From a virus, in the IMG/VR virus record IMGVR_UViG_3300045988_110668: 63,351 bases of DNA; one strand, given 5' to 3'. Numbering within the stretch: position 1 is the stretch's first letter; each line of letters starts with the position of its first letter. A program made the translations under genes and the position numbers. The notes beneath the pieces are model-generated. The model saw only the letters and a program-made list of their open reading frames with translations, did not search any database and had not been told where the DNA came from. This document shows, in pieces, positions 59,299 to 63,351 of the stretch.

Positions 59299-61284
59299 CT
59301 AACTCTTCACTTCTTTTACGATCAGCGTATATGTAGCGGCCTTCTCCTTTGCGACATTCAATGACATCTGCTTTATATACCCGGTTATTATTTTACCTTT
59401 ATTGCTAAATGACACCAAACCGGTTAAATCGCTGGGAGTAGACATATCGCTAGTTTTCACCTCTACCTCCGATACTGTAAACAAACGTCCAGATGTCGGG
59501 AAATCGTCGGTCTCTTTCACACCATTGATAGCAACATCACTATTTCCGTCAGAAGATGTAAACTTAAGCATTCCAGTACAAGATCCTATATATTTTTTGT
59601 TCGCCTCCAGCATAAAACGTGGCGAATATTGAAAATTAAACATAGTCTCAGGACTTAGCAACCCGGAAAACTGAGAAGGTGTATATGCCCTATACAATTT
59701 GAGATTCACCCCGTCTTGATCGCAACTTACAAAGAATACATCATTATCACTGTCGTTATCCGTAGTATCCTCGCCTCTTTTCTGAACCAGAAACTCTATT
59801 CCGTAGGCATCTGCCCTATACGGACTTATCAGAGACAAGGTATTGTCCCGCAAGTTAAGCCCGGTAGAAAATTCATTGGTAAACCGGAACTCATCACGGC
59901 CGTTAACACTGTCATAATCTTCTTTGTCATAACCAACCTTTACAGAAGAATATATTAAAGAGTCATTCACGGAGAACTCATAATCGTTTATTTCTGTACC
60001 TAAATCTTTAACTACCGTTGAAGTGAACAGTTTATCACGATGCATGAAGGTCACAGTATTTTCATTTATAACAGGTACATAACCAAACTCAGCCTCCATC
60101 CAATCGCAGAATTTTTTATAAGAAGTATATAGTTTTGCATTCGGAAGGCCACGGGCACTTTCCGCCGCCATGATATAGGAAGTAGAAAGCCTATCCATGC
60201 TCATACGGGGATCATAATCATCAATAAGTCCGGAATACGTTTCGGTACTATCGGTCATGCTATCCAGCAATTTTCCAAGAACTGTAATAGGCGAGATTAC
60301 ATCTATGTTTACAGTGTTAATTCTAGACATAAAGCTTATTCCCAATGAAAAGTTAGGGAAAACTACGTCAACTACATTTTTGGTAAAAGAACCTTCTGAG
60401 ATAGGAGCTCCGAAAGTCAACTCCATCATGAAATAGGTCTTTTGTCCTTTTATCAAATCAATTGGTATAATTTCATTGATATATTTGTAAAATCCGTCAC
60501 TATAATGCGACCACACGTCTTCGATAGCCCCACCAGAGTCTTTCTTGAATATCCGGAGCTTGATATTCTTAACTATTCCCTCATATATGTGTACATAATA
60601 GTCTGTTGTGAAATTAAAATCAATATGCACATCCGCCAAAGCTTCGGCAAAAGGTACCCCTTCCTCCAAACTACTTTCGGTAAATTGGGCGTCGCTAAAA
60701 ATTATAGGGGAATCCAAAGAAGGAAGTTCGCTATTGCTCAATTTATATATAGGGATTGTATATGCATAAGTTCCACCGAAAACCTTTGTTATATTAACAT
60801 ACTGAACACCGTCCGATTCATAAGTACTTCCTCCTAATACATATTTAGCCTCATATTGAAACTTCAAGCCATCATAATTCAAACTTCTGGTATAAAGATC
60901 GGCTACCGGATATTCATACAGAATATTCCTTTTTGCCTTGATGATAGCAGCGAGATTATCGTCAACCGCATTGATAGAGACAACCATACCGCCTTCCGAA
61001 TAAGTTCCAAAATCCAATGTGCAATGAAATATCTTATCCCAATTCCAGCTATTATTCCTTTTATAGAAAGCAATGCCGGCTTTAGAAGAAAGATAGTTTT
61101 TTGCAAACTCCTCCTTTAAAAGCTCGTAGGAGCGATTGACAAATTCGAATTTTGTACTAAACGACCGGATTACCCCGTCATAATTACTTCTCTTATAAGC
61201 CAATTCGAAATCATCCCAATTCTTAAGATCATCGGTCGCTTCATAAGATATTCCGTTTATTAATATCTGGCATCTGAAATACAT
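59299..61284 (-). CDS. Large tail-tip protein (661 aa)
   Basis: Second gene after the tape measure. Confidence 0.5.
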   Translation of the reverse strand: MYFRCQILINGISYEATDDLKNWDDFELAYKRSNYDGVIRSFSTKFEFVNRSYELLKEEFAKNYLSSKAGIAFYKRNNSWNWDKIFHCTLDFGTYSEGGMVVSINAVDDNLAAIIKAKRNILYEYPVADLYTRSLNYDGLKFQYEAKYVLGGSTYESDGVQYVNITKVFGGTYAYTIPIYKLSNSELPSLDSPIIFSDAQFTESSLEEGVPFAEALADVHIDFNFTTDYYVHIYEGIVKNIKLRIFKKDSGGAIEDVWSHYSDGFYKYINEIIPIDLIKGQKTYFMMELTFGAPISEGSFTKNVVDVVFPNFSLGISFMSRINTVNIDVISPITVLGKLLDSMTDSTETYSGLIDDYDPRMSMDRLSTSYIMAAESARGLPNAKLYTSYKKFCDWMEAEFGYVPVINENTVTFMHRDKLFTSTVVKDLGTEINDYEFSVNDSLIYSSVKVGYDKEDYDSVNGRDEFRFTNEFSTGLNLRDNTLSLISPYRADAYGIEFLVQKRGEDTTDNDSDNDVFFVSCDQDGVNLKLYRAYTPSQFSGLLSPETMFNFQYSPRFMLEANKKYIGSCTGMLKFTSSDGNSDVAINGVKETDDFPTSGRLFTVSEVEVKTSDMSTPSDLTGLVSFSNKGKIITGYIKQMSLNVAKEKAATYTLIVKEVKS

Positions 61285-61287
61285 AGG

Positions 61288-61905
61288 TTATTTATGTTTT
61301 ATCGATTTGCTCATAGACTTTACATCTTCACACATACGCTTTACCATGAAAGCATATTCCTTTGCACTAATCTCGTTCTTCCGGATTTGCATTCCAAAAT
61401 GAGACATAACCATCACTCTTTCTCTTGCAAAGTAGTTTTTATCCATTTTTGAGTTATTTTCAGGCTTTTCCTTAGCATTTATTCGTTCAAGCATATATTT
61501 ACTCATAGAAAGGATAGAATATACTTTCTTACGTATCTTTTCGTGTTCGGAGGGAAAATATGAAAATCCAAACTCTGAAAGAATATGTGCAGCATCCTCC
61601 CAATCCTTGTTTTTAATCATAATTTCAACTCCCTTCATACACTCAATTTTTATGTGAAGGTTGATTAAATTGTTTCTTTGGGACATTTCAGACAGAAAAG
61701 AGGATCCTCCGATTATCTCTACATATTCGGTAATGAGTTTCTCCGATTGTTCGGACAGTTCTTTTTCAGAATGTTCTCCTTCGATGATAAGCTTACTCTT
61801 ATCTCCTGTAAATACATCAATGAATGTATCTAGGGAAATTTTATCAAGATCGGTGTATAACATAGTTTTTACGTACTCCTTCACACGCTTATTAATTATA
61901 TTCAA
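61288..61905 (-). CDS. Hypothetical protein immediately downstream of the tape measure (205 aa)
   Basis: Its start overlaps the tape-measure stop by 4 nt. Confidence 0.5.
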   Translation of the reverse strand: MNIINKRVKEYVKTMLYTDLDKISLDTFIDVFTGDKSKLIIEGEHSEKELSEQSEKLITEYVEIIGGSSFLSEMSQRNNLINLHIKIECMKGVEIMIKNKDWEDAAHILSEFGFSYFPSEHEKIRKKVYSILSMSKYMLERINAKEKPENNSKMDKNYFARERVMVMSHFGMQIRKNEISAKEYAFMVKRMCEDVKSMSKSIKHK

Positions 61906-63351
61906 ATAATACCTGATAGATTACGATATTCGGAAGTTCGGGCCATTTTCCGCAATGTCTTGTTCAAGTTTGCCATACTTTGATTAGCCATATCCATTTT
62001 TCGTTCAAGGTTTTTATAATCATTCTTGACATTGACAATAACCGGTTCTCCATTATTGTTTCTCATTTGTCGATCAAGCATTAGAGCATCAGAATGTAAA
62101 GACATCTTGCGATAATCGACCAAATTAGGGATAACCTTCGCTCTTTTGGGGATATCTACCAAAGTGGGAACAGAAGGAGTAATATACGCACCATTATCAG
62201 TTTCAATAACCTCCTGCCTGCCTCCATCACCAACAATAGCCAATCCACCGGGATGATTATCAGTCCCCTTTGCGTATTTAGGTATCGGCTGCGAGGCAAT
62301 TATAGCTACTTGGGCGGCTCCCATAGCTCCGATTACAGCCGCAAGAATAGGACCGGCGAAAGGTCCGGCCTCTGCCAAAGCCTTCATTATAGCCTGAGAG
62401 GTAGCAATAGTCGTCTGAATAATAGAATTAGCCTTTTGCCACTTGGCCTGCTTTTGTTCCAAGTCAGCTTTTTGCTTTTCCAATTCCTTATTTTTATCTG
62501 CTGTTGCTTGCTCGGCAGCTCTTTTTCTAGCTTCTGCTTCCTCTGTAGAGATAACACCGGACTCCGCCAACTCCTCAATGCGTTCTATCTCTTCTTCTCC
62601 AGCTTCCTCGTTCTTTTCCTGTTGCTCTTCTATTTTCTCCATTTGTTGGTCGTACATTCCAACCATAATAGAAGTTAGCCCTTCTGATATTGCACTGATA
62701 CTAGCTAATAAATCTTCAATTTCTAGTTTACCATCACGGACAACTTTTGTAATTAGGCTCATTAACCCACTAAATAATGTGCCCAATCCATCTACTGCAT
62801 TATTGCTGACATATTCCAAATGCTGCAATGAAGCTTCCAACTCTGCCCAATACTTCTTTTCATCTTCTGTTTCTTCATCTCTGGCTTTCTTCTTAGCGTC
62901 ACGCACTTTATTAGCTAAATCTATTTCAGCTTTCGCTAGAGCCTCTTTTATTTTAAACTTTTCCTCATCAGACAGACCAGAAATCTCGATTTGTTCTTTG
63001 AGGAGATCAATCGCTCTTTGAGCTTCTTGAAGAGCGTATTTTTGAGTTATTTCAGCTTTGTTTTTCTCGTATTGTTCTTTAGAAATTTCTCCCTGTCTGT
63101 ATCGTTCTAATTCATCATCAATCTCTTTTTGCATATTTTGAGAATATGCAATAGCTAATGTTGCATATTCTTGTTGCTTTTCTTCCAATTGATACTTAAC
63201 AGAAGCCTCTATCTTCTTCCTTTCTTCTTCATCTTTTTTTTCCAAGTATTTTTTGTCAATAGCCAGCAATTCGTTTTTAAGTATTTCTTCATAATTAGCC
63301 CTTAATTTATTTTCTTCTTCTGAATTACCTTTGATGAAAGCTATATTTTCC
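61902..63351 (-). CDS. Tail tape measure protein, C-terminal part (continuation of 1..2086)
   Basis: Track ORF 61902..63269 (LAIDKKYLEKK...) continues upstream without a stop to the window end. It has a coiled-coil E/K-rich region, then a Gly/Ala-rich hydrophobic stretch (GPFAGPILAAVIGAMGAAQVAIIASQP). It lies upstream of the tail-tip genes. Confidence 0.8.
   Translation of the reverse strand, partial: ENIAFIKGNSEEENKLRANYEEILKNELLAIDKKYLEKKDEEERKKIEASVKYQLEEKQQEYATLAIAYSQNMQKEIDDELERYRQGEISKEQYEKNKAEITQKYALQEAQRAIDLLKEQIEISGLSDEEKFKIKEALAKAEIDLANKVRDAKKKARDEETEDEKKYWAELEASLQHLEYVSNNAVDGLGTLFSGLMSLITKVVRDGKLEIEDLLASISAISEGLTSIMVGMYDQQMEKIEEQQEKNEEAGEEEIERIEELAESGVISTEEAEARKRAAEQATADKNKELEKQKADLEQKQAKWQKANSIIQTTIATSQAIMKALAEAGPFAGPILAAVIGAMGAAQVAIIASQPIPKYAKGTDNHPGGLAIVGDGGRQEVIETDNGAYITPSVPTLVDIPKRAKVIPNLVDYRKMSLHSDALMLDRQMRNNNGEPVIVNVKNDYKNLERKMDMANQSMANLNKTLRKMARTSEYRNLSGII
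63233..63351. repeat. Second copy of the terminal direct repeat
   Basis: Identical to bases 1-119. Confidence 0.95.

Noticed and set aside
62443-63021. A long + strand ORF (192 aa). Similar + strand ORFs occur at 47409..47843, 53083..53415, 57194..57556, 60442..60837 and 99..1200.
   Set aside because: These are antisense shadows of clearly coding minus-strand genes (tape measure, fibres, membrane proteins). Their products are S/F/L/C-rich and low in complexity, and they have no promoter context.
1-63351. Stop-codon recoding or suppressor tRNAs, as in some gut phages.
   Set aside because: Late genes are open over hundreds to more than 1100 codons in the standard code, and none of the tRNA-like elements has a readable anticodon loop.

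Overview
This window is a complete, circularly closed genome of about 63.2 kb. Bases 1-119 repeat exactly at 63233-63351. It looks like a temperate siphovirus-like phage with Bacteroidetes-type expression signals (TAnnTTTG -7 boxes, ~37% GC), and almost all genes are on the minus strand. Reading in the direction of transcription, the modules are:
- Packaging and head: terS/terL, portal, prohead protease, HK97-like capsid, connectors and a putative tail tube.
- A ~5.4-kb accessory island.
- A tape-measure gene that reads across the window junction.
- Tail tip and fibres (collagen-like and YadA-like repeats), then holin and a GH108 endolysin.
- A 7-gene cassette of unknown function.
- A HicA-HicB-SecB-like toxin-antitoxin-chaperone trio.
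- attP (a tRNA-Gly 3' half flanked by 18-bp arm repeats) with its integrase, then an immunity switch with TATACTATAA operators.
- An ORF-poor RNA region.
- A RecT/YqaJ recombination and replication module, then a DNA-modification cluster (three methyltransferases, HNH, PAPS-reductase-like, second tyrosine recombinase).

The candidates I consider most novel are:
1. A structured 5' leader RNA in three copies. It has compensatory base changes between copies and an interleaved terminator, and each copy sits in front of an antirepressor-type operon.
2. Three tRNA-like acceptor/T-arm RNAs that cannot fold as tRNAs, next to a ~430-nt ORF-free structured region.
3. A 256-codon alternative-frame ORF nested inside the dcm gene, whose product carries methyltransferase-like motifs.

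All family names come from motif recognition by eye; no searches were run.
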